A DNA stretch of 30,854 nucleotides from a virus: the IMG/VR virus record IMGVR_UViG_3300019472_000019; one strand, given 5' to 3'. Shown piece by piece: positions 1 through 8,795 of this stretch (position 1 is the first letter of the stretch; every line of letters starts with the position of its first letter). The notes under the pieces were generated by a model, which saw only the letters and a program-made list of their open reading frames with translations, ran no database searches and was not told the origin of the DNA. The translations under genes were made by a program, and so were the position numbers.

Positions 1-127
1 ATAGATAATGCTGTGCCAGCCATTGCAGCGCTAGGGTCGGCGTTTGTAGCAATGAAAGTTGGTCAGTTTGCGACAACGATGGCAAAAAGCGCCATCGGTT
101 TGCGAGGTTTCATCGGTGCCTTGAAGA
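1..127. repeat. Left copy of an exact 127-bp terminal direct repeat, a circular-closure or terminal-redundancy overlap
   Basis: Bases 1..127 (ATAGATAATGCTGTGCCAGCC...GGTGCCTTGAAGA) are identical to 30728..30854. The repeat lies inside one continuous ORF. Confidence 0.95.
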
Positions 128-1218
128 CGACCATGGCGGCGTTCAATGCCGTAGCAGGTATGAATCCATTTACAATCATAGCCGTGGCAATTGCTGCAGT
201 CGTCGGTGCACTAGTGTTCTTACAAGTAAAGTTCAATATCTTTGGCCAAGCATGGAATGCCATCACGGCAGTGTGGGGCGCTGCAGCTGGGTGGTTTGGT
301 GGCGTGTTTGAGGCTATCGGTCAGGTAGTTAGCGGGTTTGTTAGTGGTGTAGTCGGCTTTTTTAGTAGTATTTGGATAGGTATCACAACCGTATTTAATA
401 ACGTTGTAGCTTTCTTGCAGCAATGGGGGCTTACAATTTTGGCGGTGATATTTGCGCCAGTGGCGCTGATCATCGGGCTGTTCTTTACGTTTAAGGATCA
501 AATATTTGCCGTGTTCCAGGCCGTCTGGGATTTCATCGTAGCGACGTTCACCCCAGTGGTGCAGTTCTTCGGCGGAATATTTACTGGTGCCTGGAATCTT
601 ATTGCGGGCGTATGGGGAGCGGCTGTCGGATGGTTCGGCAGTATATGGGGCGGTATAGTCGGCGTGTTTAGCGTCGTAGCTGGTTGGTTTGGTGGAGTAT
701 TCAGAGGAGCTTGGAATGCTATCGTTAGTATATTTGGCGGACTGGCGGGATGGTTTCGTGGCATCTGGAATGGAATCGTGGGCATCTTCGGTAGCGTCGG
801 CGTATCTATTGGTAATGCTATCGGCGGAGCATTCAAGGGAGCTATCAATGGCGTGCTAGGCTTTGTTTCTGGAATGATTAACGGATTTATCAACTCGATT
901 AACTGGGCGACAGGCATTATCAACGCTATTCCTGGTGTTCATATTCCAAAAATACCGAACCTAAATATTCCGCAGCTCGCAGAGGGTGGTATCGCCACAA
1001 AAGCAACCCTAGCCATGATTGGTGAGGGTAGCGAACCAGAGGCCGTCATTCCACTGAGTAAGCTGAGCCAGTTCCTGAAGAACTCTATGGACGAGAGAGG
1101 TACTGGTGCATCATCTGGCGGCAATACGCCGCAAATCAACCAAACCGTCAACCTGACAAACGGCATCGACGTTGACCAATATAATCGCAGCCTGGTGCAG
1201 CAGATGAGGAGGGGCTAG
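1..1218 (+). CDS. Tape measure protein, C-terminal part (continuation of 29810..30727)
   Basis: Frame 1 is open from base 1. The region is hydrophobic and Gly/Trp-rich, with reiterated AWNxIxxVWGAAxGWFGGxF-type aromatic repeats typical of tape measure proteins. It sits directly upstream of Dit/Tal-type genes. Confidence 0.85.
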   Translation: MDNAVPAIAALGSAFVAMKVGQFATTMAKSAIGLRGFIGALKTTMAAFNAVAGMNPFTIIAVAIAAVVGALVFLQVKFNIFGQAWNAITAVWGAAAGWFGGVFEAIGQVVSGFVSGVVGFFSSIWIGITTVFNNVVAFLQQWGLTILAVIFAPVALIIGLFFTFKDQIFAVFQAVWDFIVATFTPVVQFFGGIFTGAWNLIAGVWGAAVGWFGSIWGGIVGVFSVVAGWFGGVFRGAWNAIVSIFGGLAGWFRGIWNGIVGIFGSVGVSIGNAIGGAFKGAINGVLGFVSGMINGFINSINWATGIINAIPGVHIPKIPNLNIPQLAEGGIATKATLAMIGEGSEPEAVIPLSKLSQFLKNSMDERGTGASSGGNTPQINQTVNLTNGIDVDQYNRSLVQQMRRG

Positions 1219-1220
1219 AT

Positions 1221-2108
1221 ATGAGAACATATGACGTACAGATCACTAATATGCGTACTAATGAGAGTGTGTTCCTGGCGGGTAGCAAACAGGGGCTATC
1301 CCACCTAACGCCGCCATTGAAAGGCTTTGGCGATCCTGATGTTCGCAATAGCCAGTATGTGTTCTCTGGTGCTGACGGCGGTAGCGTAGATGAGCAGTTT
1401 TATGGTGTGCGACAAATACCATTGAGCTTTTTCGTGGCAGTGGAGCATGACGGAAAACTTGCTGAGATGCACGCCGAGATGGCAAAAATTGCTAGAACCA
1501 TTAAAATCCGCGACAAGTTGCGAGTGCAGCTGTTCACGCCAACTGGACGCGTCTATCAGACTATTACCAAACTGACACAGCCTCTTGATCCAAAAATTGA
1601 GTGGCCGCTCATTGCCGACTACGACATCGAGCTAGTAGCGGGCGATCCGCGGATGTATGACTACACCGACGGCGCAGCACAGCGAATCATGCTAGAGCGT
1701 CCACGTGACGGTGGTTTATTGTGGAGCCCTACAGGGCTACTTTGGGAGCGTGACGGCTTGCACTGGATATCTGGCGGGGGACTGAATCACGCCACAAATG
1801 ATGGCAACACGTATGTTTGGCCGACAATAACAATTGCTGGCAAGGTCACCAACCCGACTGTGTCCAACCAGACAACTGGCGAGATTTTGGCACTGAATAT
1901 CAGCACAACAGACAGCGATACAATCGTATTTGACACATACAACCGAGAGGTGACTCTGAATGGTGTGGGTATCGATAATAACCTCACCAGCAGTCAATAC
2001 TGGCGTTTGGTGCCAGGGCTAAATGAGTTGATTTTCAACACGTCTAATAGCACTGATACTGGCACAGCTATCGTTGAGTGGTATAACGGCTACACGGGAG
2101 TGGCGTAA
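1221..2108 (+). CDS. Distal tail protein (Dit-like siphovirus tail component)
   Basis: 295-aa ORF starting 3 nt after the TMP stop, in the conserved TMP-Dit-Tal order. The assignment rests mainly on synteny and size. Confidence 0.6.
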   Translation: MRTYDVQITNMRTNESVFLAGSKQGLSHLTPPLKGFGDPDVRNSQYVFSGADGGSVDEQFYGVRQIPLSFFVAVEHDGKLAEMHAEMAKIARTIKIRDKLRVQLFTPTGRVYQTITKLTQPLDPKIEWPLIADYDIELVAGDPRMYDYTDGAAQRIMLERPRDGGLLWSPTGLLWERDGLHWISGGGLNHATNDGNTYVWPTITIAGKVTNPTVSNQTTGEILALNISTTDSDTIVFDTYNREVTLNGVGIDNNLTSSQYWRLVPGLNELIFNTSNSTDTGTAIVEWYNGYTGVA

Positions 2109-3196
2109 TGGATGAATACGTACCACCGCGCTACACCATCGAGCTATGGCATCGCGGCAAAACTAAAGTGGCAGATATCACAAGGCTTTGCCAAGATATC
2201 GACTGGAGCATGACTCGCAACGGCGTTGAGTCGCTAGATTTTAACATGTCAATGCCAGACTGGGAAGAGAAGTGTCGGCGGATCGGCGAGAATCCAAACA
2301 CTATCTTAAAGCCATGGGTGAGCGACATCAGGGTCAAGCGCAACGGCGAGTATTTGTTCGGCGCAGTGGTAGTAGAGGCGAACCGCAACCTTAACGCCGA
2401 CAACGCACGAGTACTAGTGCAGTGTGACGGTTATTTGAATCTGATTGACGCACGATATCTGAATGGTCGTTGGAAAGGGATTGAAGCTACCGACGTTGCC
2501 TGGGGTATCATCCAGGAAGTGCAGAATCGACCTAACGGAGATGTTGGTATCACCAGGGGCGGTAGGCAGTACCGCACCGGTGTACGACGTGACAGAATGG
2601 ACGACTGGGAAGATATCAATGCTAAAGATGCCCTCGTGTCGCTAACCAATTTGCAAGATGGCAAATTCGATTTTCGATTCACTTACGATCGCAAGTTTGA
2701 GACGTTCCAAACACTCGGCAACGAACGGCCAGACGTAGTAGTACATTATCCTGATGATGGCTTGGGCATTGGTGCAATTCGTATGGAGCTGCCGCAGTCT
2801 GGGGCAAACCTGTATAACAACATCATAGGAAAGGCCTCTGGCATGGGCGAGGAGACAATCCGCTACAGTGCTGAGGACGTGCTGAGCCAGCAGGAGTTTA
2901 TCTTGCGTGAAAAAGTACAGCTGTACAACAGTATTAAGAACCTATCGACACTGGCGGGTCACTGCGAGGCTGATGTGGCGGTGATGAGCCGACTGGTCGA
3001 CTTGCCGCGCGTCACAGTGCGTGGTACGCAATTTGACCTGAATAATATCGGAGTAGGCGATCGTATCGTAGTTGAGCAAAATAAGTATTCATCTTGCCCA
3101 CTGAGCGGCTATTACCGAATCGAGCAGCTATCAGTAAAAGTTGACGAGAACATGAGCGAGGAAATAACCTTAACGCTGGATAATTACGACCTATGA
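2108..3196 (+). CDS. Tail-associated / baseplate hub protein (Tal or Gp37-like minor tail protein)
   Basis: 362-aa ORF whose start overlaps the Dit stop (TAATG). It holds the third position of the TMP-Dit-Tal block. Confidence 0.55.
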   Translation: MDEYVPPRYTIELWHRGKTKVADITRLCQDIDWSMTRNGVESLDFNMSMPDWEEKCRRIGENPNTILKPWVSDIRVKRNGEYLFGAVVVEANRNLNADNARVLVQCDGYLNLIDARYLNGRWKGIEATDVAWGIIQEVQNRPNGDVGITRGGRQYRTGVRRDRMDDWEDINAKDALVSLTNLQDGKFDFRFTYDRKFETFQTLGNERPDVVVHYPDDGLGIGAIRMELPQSGANLYNNIIGKASGMGEETIRYSAEDVLSQQEFILREKVQLYNSIKNLSTLAGHCEADVAVMSRLVDLPRVTVRGTQFDLNNIGVGDRIVVEQNKYSSCPLSGYYRIEQLSVKVDENMSEEITLTLDNYDL

Positions 3197-3693
3197 GCGA
3201 GCGATTGAATCTAGTGGAGGAGCGTCGCGCCATCAGTAGGTTACGGGCGTTGCTACGTGCCACTGAGCAAATGAAAGCCACACAGAGAACCAGCAACAAC
3301 TCCGGCATTATTTATTACGAAACGAAAAGTGCACAGGAATACGACGCGATGATACCTGTCACATATGACCCCTCTTTTCTTGGTGGCAGAATAGTCAAAA
3401 TTGAAACAACTTTCACCGCACGCAAACAACAGTGGCCGTACGTGCTGTTTTTGCCGCAGTTTTACGTCGGTGACAATCCCGATACGCTGGCGGGTGCACA
3501 AATAATTGGTGGTAGTATTATCGATCAGAGCGCACCGGATATCAATAAGTTAGAGGTGCCATATCAACTGGCGTTTAGCGCTAGCGCCACTATCGACAAT
3601 CCGCCGCAAGGTCAGACGAAGTATGTGTATGCTAAGTGCGTTTTTCTGGGGACCGACAAGGGGTCATTCAGTATGAAAGCGAGCCTGCTATGA
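3193..3693 (+). CDS. Small tail/baseplate-region protein, paralog 1 of 3
   Basis: 166 aa with an ATGA overlap to the upstream gene. It shares the N-terminal motif LRATEQMKATQRTSNNSGIIYY and a later FTARK motif with the next two ORFs. Confidence 0.6.
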   Translation: MSERLNLVEERRAISRLRALLRATEQMKATQRTSNNSGIIYYETKSAQEYDAMIPVTYDPSFLGGRIVKIETTFTARKQQWPYVLFLPQFYVGDNPDTLAGAQIIGGSIIDQSAPDINKLEVPYQLAFSASATIDNPPQGQTKYVYAKCVFLGTDKGSFSMKASLL

Positions 3694-4145
3694 ATCGGCT
3701 GAGTATGTTGCCTGAAAACCAACTGGCAGACATTTTAATGTCGCTCGATCGCAATATCCGCGACCTAAAAACTAGCCAGGTGATGGCATCGAGCGGGCTG
3801 GTGTTCTACGAGAGTGTCAGTAGCGGCGAATGGGATTTCAATCAAGTTGCTAACGTGGTTGGCGGGCAGCAGCAAGCCTCTGGCGTGCCATTTATCATTA
3901 CGGCGACGGCAAGAAAGGACAAGACGTTCTTGTTGGCTGATTTAATTATTGACAAGATGTTGATAAACAGTGCGGCACCGACGCGTATTGACATAATACC
4001 AATATCGAGCGACGCGCTGCATGTTCGCAGATGGTTTGCATACGCGTATGTGCAAAAGGGACTGAGTAGTGTACTGGCGCAGATGAAGTGTGCCGTGGTG
4101 GCAAATACTAGTGTCGATTTGACAATCGAAAGCAGGATGTTATGA
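3690..4145 (+). CDS. Small tail/baseplate-region protein, paralog 2 of 3
   Basis: I prefer the ATG at 3690 (ATGA overlap with the previous stop) over the track start at 3636. It carries RNIRDLKTSQVMASSGLVFY and ATARK motifs. Confidence 0.6.
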   Translation: MNRLSMLPENQLADILMSLDRNIRDLKTSQVMASSGLVFYESVSSGEWDFNQVANVVGGQQQASGVPFIITATARKDKTFLLADLIIDKMLINSAAPTRIDIIPISSDALHVRRWFAYAYVQKGLSSVLAQMKCAVVANTSVDLTIESRML

Positions 4146-4564
4146 GGATTAAAGACATAGACGGAGAGACGATGGCGCGAATCATTACGCGATGCGAGCG
4201 TGAAATTACCGAAATGAAAGCCACGCAGCGTGTTGGTGCTGACGGCGTGCAGGTATTTCGCGTCAAGTTAGAGGCGGCGATCGACAAGAGTGACGCAACG
4301 TTTCTAAGGCGGTTCAAAATCGTATTTACGCCGAAATCTAGCACGTACCAGTCGGGCATGGTTTTTAAGCTGATGGTTGGCAGGCGCAGCAGCCATGGTT
4401 CAGGACTAGAGGATGTTACTCGCTATTTCCAGCGCCGGCGAAGCAGCAGCGGTGTACAGACGTGGCTAAATATATCGGATTTCTTGGTCGACTTCGGCAG
4501 CAACACATTCAAAATCTACGCGTTCGCTACGTCTGACGGTGAGATCAAGGTTGAGTATGTCTAA
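4142..4564 (+). CDS. Small tail/baseplate-region protein, paralog 3 of 3
   Basis: 140 aa with an ATGA overlap. It carries REITEMKATQRVGADGVQVF and VFTPK motifs. Confidence 0.6.
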   Translation: MRIKDIDGETMARIITRCEREITEMKATQRVGADGVQVFRVKLEAAIDKSDATFLRRFKIVFTPKSSTYQSGMVFKLMVGRRSSHGSGLEDVTRYFQRRRSSSGVQTWLNISDFLVDFGSNTFKIYAFATSDGEIKVEYV

Positions 4565-4585
4565 TCTGTAATGTGGTAAGTGAGA

Positions 4586-4918
4586 ATGAATAATAAACGA
4601 GACAATGAATCGATGAATCAAACACCCAAAACGGTGCGGGAATTGGGCATCATGATGACTGCACGCGACGATGTGCTAAATGAAAGGCTGAGTTCAATAA
4701 ACGATAATGTTTCGCGGTTGGCGGAGTCGGTCAAACAGCTGGCTGAATCGAAAGCCGATGCCGAAGAACTGAAAGCCCTGATAGCCCGCGTGGAACTGAT
4801 GCAAGGCAGTTATTTGTCCAAGAGTGAAGCTAAGATTGGTGCTGGCGTAATGACAGCTGTAATTACCGTGATTGGCTTTATGGTCGATTTAATTGTGAGA
4901 GTCGTGAATAAACCGTAA
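4586..4918 (+). CDS. XhlA-like lysis-associated membrane protein (coiled coil plus C-terminal TM helix)
   Basis: The coiled-coil segment is LNERLSSINDNVSRLAESVKQLAESKADAEELKALIARVE and the C-terminal TM helix is GAGVMTAVITVIGFMVDLIV. It sits immediately upstream of the endolysin. The start is uncertain (GTG 4580, ATG 4586 or ATG 4613). Confidence 0.45.
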   Translation: MNNKRDNESMNQTPKTVRELGIMMTARDDVLNERLSSINDNVSRLAESVKQLAESKADAEELKALIARVELMQGSYLSKSEAKIGAGVMTAVITVIGFMVDLIVRVVNKP

Positions 4919-4946
4919 TGATTAATTTAATAGGAGGTCAAAACCG

Positions 4947-5930
4947 ATGAAAGGCATCGATATATCAAGCTGGCAGGCTGGCTTGGACGCCGGTAAAATC
5001 CCGGCAGATTTCGTAATAGTAAAGGCGACGGAGGGGACGAACTACGTCAACCCAAACTGCGACGAGCATTATCAGCAGGCAGCCGCAGCTGGCAAAAAGC
5101 TCGGTGTTTACCATTTTGCGAGAAACGGCAGCAATGACGCAATCGCTGAAGCTGACTTTTTCGTCGATAATATCCAAGGCTACATCAAGCATGCCATGCT
5201 TATTCTTGACTGGGAAGACGGCGGAAATGTTGGCGACGTAGCGTGGGCGCGCCGCTGGCTTGATCGAGTGCAAGAGCGAACCGGCGTGAAGCCGCTCATC
5301 TACATGTCAGAGAGCGTGGTAAACAGCCACGATTGGGGTATTGTCGCTGCGGCCGACTACGGCCTATGGGTGGCTAAATACCGCGACATGGCAATCGACT
5401 TCAACTACGACATGAGCCAAGCCGGCACGCCGCCAAGCGTCAAATACTGGTCAGGCTATGCAATGTGGCAGTGGACATCGAGCGGCCGACTTGACGGCTG
5501 GGACGGAAACCTCGACTGCAACGAGTTTTATGGCGACGCTGAGGCGTGGGATAAGTATGCAGGAGGAGCTCCATCGGAAGCACCGTTCCCTGGATCGATT
5601 GCTAACCCACAGCCAGCACCAGAGCCGCAGCCAACGTACACAGTTCAATCAGGCGACACACTGAGCGGAATCGCCGCGAAGTACGGCACTGACTATCACT
5701 ACTTGGCAGCCATCAACGGTATTCAGAATCCAAACCTGATTTATCCAGGCCAAGTATTGCGAGTGCCAGGTGGAAGCGCGCCAGCCGAGCGAACCGTGAC
5801 AGTTCAGTGGGGCGACAATCTCAGCACTATCGCGGCCGCACACGGCACGGATTGGCAGACGCTGGCTCGAATCAACAATTTGCCAAACCCGGATCTAATC
5901 CACCCAGGCGACGTTTTGAGGTTACCATAA
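4947..5930 (+). CDS. Endolysin: GH25 muramidase domain plus two C-terminal LysM repeats
   Basis: The N-terminus [14 protein letters not shown]...[15 protein letters not shown]...GVYHFAR is the canonical GH25 signature. Two LysM repeats follow: [44 protein letters not shown] and [45 protein letters not shown] strong RBS (AGGAGG) is present. Confidence 0.92.
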   Translation: MKGIDISSWQAGLDAGKIPADFVIVKATEGTNYVNPNCDEHYQQAAAAGKKLGVYHFARNGSNDAIAEADFFVDNIQGYIKHAMLILDWEDGGNVGDVAWARRWLDRVQERTGVKPLIYMSESVVNSHDWGIVAAADYGLWVAKYRDMAIDFNYDMSQAGTPPSVKYWSGYAMWQWTSSGRLDGWDGNLDCNEFYGDAEAWDKYAGGAPSEAPFPGSIANPQPAPEPQPTYTVQSGDTLSGIAAKYGTDYHYLAAINGIQNPNLIYPGQVLRVPGGSAPAERTVTVQWGDNLSTIAAAHGTDWQTLARINNLPNPDLIHPGDVLRLP

Positions 5931-6232
5931 TGGCGCCAGATTTATCAAAAATCACGATCACGAAGTCGAGCCTGTACTTCCGCGAATGCAAAGCTTGCGG
6001 CTGCGTGACGTTGCACATTGGTGAGACCACGCCAGAGATGCCAGCAGGCTCGACATACAACGATTGCCTGCAATGCCTAGTGGACGCACACAGCGTCCCA
6101 GGCTTGAGCAGGTGGCACGACCCAAAAACGGGCGAGCCGCTGAAAGATCCGCGAGGAGCTGTTGTCCAGCGAACAGTGGACGCTAAAATTCAAAACACCG
6201 AAAGATGTCTAATTGGAAGCAGTTTCGCTTGA
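5930..6232 (+). CDS. Hypothetical CxxC...CxxC zinc-ribbon protein (100 aa)
   Basis: The ATG at 5930 overlaps the endolysin stop (TAATG). The protein [25 protein letters not shown]...YNDCLQCLV has two Cys pairs. The track start at 5807 lies inside the endolysin and is unlikely. Confidence 0.55.
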   Translation: MAPDLSKITITKSSLYFRECKACGCVTLHIGETTPEMPAGSTYNDCLQCLVDAHSVPGLSRWHDPKTGEPLKDPRGAVVQRTVDAKIQNTERCLIGSSFA

Positions 6233-6307
6233 CATCTGTCGGAGAGATGTAAACTAAAAAGCGTTTTACTTGACATCTATGAGCAACATGTAAAGTAAAT
6301 GTAAACT
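6228..6307 (+). promoter_or_regulatory. Tandem promoter-like direct repeats upstream of the holin gene
   Basis: CTTGACATCTgtcggagagATGTAAACT (6228..6255) and CTTGACATCTatgagcaacATGTAAAGT (6269..6296) sit 41 bp apart. A third ATGTAAACT lies at 6299..6307. TTGACA is a perfect -35, and the TAAACT/TAAAGT -10-like hexamers follow a 15-nt spacer. Confidence 0.4.
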
Positions 6308-6324
6308 TCAAGGAGAACTATAGC

Positions 6325-6582
6325 ATGAAATCACTAGAAGCACTAAAAAACATCAACTACAAAGACGTAATCGTTCGTGCATTGTGGACATTTGTACAGA
6401 CGTTTATCGCAACATTCTTGCTGGCGGGCGTCAATCTCGTAAATTTGCTGTTCTCGGCAAGTTGGCGTGAGTTATGGGCACTGGCATTAGCGACGACACT
6501 CTCTGCGATCGCTGCTGGGCTGTCGGCCGCCAAGACGATAATTGTTGAGTTAGTGCGTCAGATGCAACAAGCTGTTGAGTAG
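6325..6582 (+). CDS. Putative holin (85 aa, two TM helices)
   Basis: TM1 is VIVRALWTFVQTFIATFLLAGV and TM2 is LWALALATTLSAIAAGLSAA, followed by a charged C-terminus. It has an AAGGAG RBS and lies in the lysis cassette. Confidence 0.6.
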   Translation: MKSLEALKNINYKDVIVRALWTFVQTFIATFLLAGVNLVNLLFSASWRELWALALATTLSAIAAGLSAAKTIIVELVRQMQQAVE

Positions 6583-6603
6583 TTCGGAATTACCGAACAA
6601 CTG

Positions 6604-6635
6604 AAAACCGCCTCGAAAGCTCGGAGGCGGTTTTT
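6604..6635. terminator. Bidirectional intrinsic terminator between the convergent holin and RBP genes
   Basis: AAAACCGCCTCgaaagctcGAGGCGGTTTTT is a GC-rich stem flanked by an A-run and a T-run, so it can act on either strand. Confidence 0.8.
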
Positions 6636-6659
6636 GAACTGGAAAGGATTTCTTTAGAG

Positions 6660-7640
6660 TTAGGCCGCACCAATTGCGATCCAGCTGAAGTAATATGAAC
6701 CTTTCAACATAGCACCATCAAAGCGGCGACATCTCGCCGCAAATGATGAGTTTGTGATACTAACCGCCCCAATCGTCGCGCCAGCCCAAGACGGATTTGG
6801 CGTGTCCGTCCACGGATCGTTGGCGTTACCGTAGCCGTTGTATGTACAAATAACAGTCGGCACCGTTCCGCTCTTAAACATCTTCGGAAATGCAATGGCT
6901 GTCGTAGCTTCTATCGTATCAGTTGGGGCTATTACTCTTGCCCGACCGTACTGAAAAATGACAGACTCAACGGGTTGGTTAGTGCTATCTCGCTTTGCCT
7001 GAATGAAATCTGACCATTTTAAGTGTCGTGGTAGGACTATATCATTGCCAAGCGCGTCAGAGCCAATCACGCCGTTCTTGAACATTTCAGCCCTGTTAAT
7101 CCGTCCGTCAGCCAATGTGGCTGGATTGCGCCTATCAGTGATGACAGAGTCGAGAATTGTCGTCGTGCCAGCGTTTACGCGTATCTCAGCGATGACTTCA
7201 TATGGATTAGATGCACCAATCTTCGCCTTGATCTGAGATGGCGTAGGTGCACTTGGGTTGGTTGCTGGCGTGCCTGGAACGACAACGGCCTTTGTGCGAT
7301 TCTCGTTGTTGGCTACAGTCTGTGAGGCGGCCACGTTTGTGTCGATGTAGATCACCACCGCGTCAATTCGCGGATTAGCGCTGTTTGCCGTGGTAACGCT
7401 CGCCTGAACAGGCTGCGTGCTTAAATTACTCACCGGGAATGTCGCTGACATAGCGTCACGCACCAGTAAGTCATCAGGCACGCCATTCTCTCCGCCAATC
7501 AACACATTCATGCCGACAGGGCTGGCTTGACGCACTCTAAAGCCGCTAATCCACGAGCCGACAAAAGCATTGCCAAGTGCGTGGAATAGCGCGCTATCAG
7601 TGGTGCGACCACCGTTGCTGTTAGGAAAACCTAGTGCCAT
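6660..7640 (-). CDS. Tail fibre / receptor-binding protein, currently expressed isoform (constant N-terminal 200 aa + IVLPRHL junction + C-terminal cassette A)
   Basis: 326-aa ORF on the minus strand. The internal 21-bp recombination-site copy at 7021..7041 encodes residues 201-207, IVLPRHL. The C-terminal 119 aa is homologous to silent cassette B (FPKMFK vs FPKKFK; ...SWIAIGAA vs ...SWIAVGTV). Confidence 0.8.
   Translation of the reverse strand: MALGFPNSNGGRTTDSALFHALGNAFVGSWISGFRVRQASPVGMNVLIGGENGVPDDLLVRDAMSATFPVSNLSTQPVQASVTTANSANPRIDAVVIYIDTNVAASQTVANNENRTKAVVVPGTPATNPSAPTPSQIKAKIGASNPYEVIAEIRVNAGTTTILDSVITDRRNPATLADGRINRAEMFKNGVIGSDALGNDIVLPRHLKWSDFIQAKRDSTNQPVESVIFQYGRARVIAPTDTIEATTAIAFPKMFKSGTVPTVICTYNGYGNANDPWTDTPNPSWAGATIGAVSITNSSFAARCRRFDGAMLKGSYYFSWIAIGAA
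7021..7041 (-). repeat. Recombination site A (21-bp core TATAGTCCTACCACGACACTT, coding orientation on the minus strand)
   Basis: Exact 21-mer inside the RBP ORF, read as t ATA GTC CTA CCA CGA CAC TT = IVLPRH(L). Confidence 0.9.
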
Positions 7641-7642
7641 AG

Positions 7643-7924
7643 TTATTTTTCGTCAGCGCTTTCAGCCTCAGCCTCGGTAGTGTCGGCCGTCTCAGGCTCA
7701 GCATTATCATTGATATTTTCAACTTCTGGCTCGACAACCTCATCGGCAGACTCTACTGCTGGTGTCTCAGCCTCAGCCTCGGTAGTGTCGGCCGTGCCTT
7801 TGGCTGCCGAAATACTCACATACGGACCGCTGTGCGCATCGCCTTTGACGAAAATATAATAGCCGTCAACTGTTCGGCGAATCTCGCCGCCCTTATAATT
7901 CTGTACTTTCTCAGTATTTTCCAT
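7643..7924 (-). CDS. Small acidic protein (93 aa) co-transcribed upstream of the RBP gene
   Basis: Strong RBS (AGGAGGattcatATG). The stop lies 2 nt before the RBP start. The C-terminal half is a D/E/T/A-rich region containing the twice-repeated ADTTEAEAE. Confidence 0.7.
   Translation of the reverse strand: MENTEKVQNYKGGEIRRTVDGYYIFVKGDAHSGPYVSISAAKGTADTTEAEAETPAVESADEVVEPEVENINDNAEPETADTTEAEAESADEK
7662..7690 (-). repeat. 29-bp exact direct repeat, copy 1, inside the 93-aa gene
   Basis: TCAGCCTCAGCCTCGGTAGTGTCGGCCGT is identical at 7662..7690 and 7767..7795. It encodes ADTTEAEAE on the minus strand. Confidence 0.9.
7767..7795 (-). repeat. 29-bp exact direct repeat, copy 2, inside the 93-aa gene
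   Basis: Identical to 7662..7690, with a 105-bp period (in frame). Confidence 0.9.
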
Positions 7925-7984
7925 ATGAATCCTCCTGATTATAAATGTACAGATTAGGAGATATTGACGTTATTTGCCGTGGAA

Positions 7985-8013
7985 AATATAGCGGTATTCT
8001 TTGTATAGTCGAA
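7985..8013 (-). promoter_or_regulatory. Candidate promoter of the 93-aa/RBP operon, located inside the invertible segment
   Basis: The minus strand reads TTCGAC-17 nt-TATATT, about 60 nt upstream of the 93-aa gene start. It lies between that gene and site C. Confidence 0.35.
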
Positions 8014-8054
8014 TAATGATTCGTTTTAGCGCCAAGAGCATATTTATATTATAG

Positions 8055-8075
8055 TATAGTCCTACCACGACACTT
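8055..8075 (+). repeat. Recombination site C (same 21-bp core, inverted relative to A and B)
   Basis: Exact 21-mer on the + strand. The 23-mer GTATAGTCCTACCACGACACTTG (8054..8076) is shared with site B. Codon phase is the same, encoding IVLPRHL. Confidence 0.9.
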
Positions 8076-8424
8076 GTCTCCAGCAGCTCGCGGCGACCGC
8101 AGCACGTCAGAGGTCGACACCGGCATGAAGTGGATTGACGGCCGCACAATCTATCAGAAGACATTTTCAATGGGCGGCTTAAAGGCCGCTGGTAAGACAG
8201 TCGTACCTCACGGCATAAATAATCTTGACATGGTTATTAATATTCGCGGCATTGCAAAGGAATATAGTATTGGCGCGACAATTAACCTGCCACACGCCGC
8301 TGACCAGCAAGCTTATACGGTGACAGTTTACGCCGATAATAGCAATATCAATATCCAAACATACGCAGATCAATCCGGTTATAAGACCTCATTCGTGACA
8401 ATTCAATACGTCAAGAAGTCTTAA
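8056..8424 (+). other. Silent alternative RBP C-terminal cassette C (IVLPRHL + 115 aa), promoterless
   Basis: The frame is open from the site to the TAA at 8422..8424. It encodes IVLPRHLSPAARGDRSTSEVDTGMKWIDGRTIYQKTFSMGG...FVTIQYVKKS. There is no RBS or ATG at the junction. The sequence is unrelated to cassettes A and B. Confidence 0.8.
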
Positions 8425-8795
8425 ACAGTACCGACTGCGATCCAACTTATGCCGTGATGAGCGCCGCCAAAAATGCCTGAAGTTGAAGCTGTAATGGTCG
8501 TGCCTGTCTGATTGAATGATCCACACTCGATATTTGTACCAGCACCGATTTTCTGGTCAAAACTCGCTGCAGATGTTGGAGTGTTTCTCGTATATCCGAT
8601 TAAAGTAGGAATAACTGCGTAAACCTCCTTGAATTTCTTAGGAAATATAACCTGTACAGGTTGTTGTTTGCCTCCATTTCCGTAAAACGAGACCCAGCCA
8701 GACTGGATTATTAAATTACCAGAAATAGCTTGTGCTGAATTATTGGCACTGAAAGATAATAGGTCTGATGATTTCAAGTGTCGTGGTAGGACTAT
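8421..8795 (-). other. Silent alternative RBP C-terminal cassette B (IVLPRHL + 117 aa)
   Basis: The minus-strand frame is open from site B to the stop at 8421..8423. It encodes IVLPRHLKSSDLLSFSANNS...GAHHGISWIAVGTV. It lies tail-to-tail with cassette C, and the two stop codons overlap in TTAA at 8421..8424. Confidence 0.8.

Noticed and set aside
498-923. 141-aa Pro-rich minus-strand ORF, plus other minus ORFs within 63..1348
   Set aside because: They are antisense artefacts of the repetitive Gly/Trp-rich tape-measure coding sequence.
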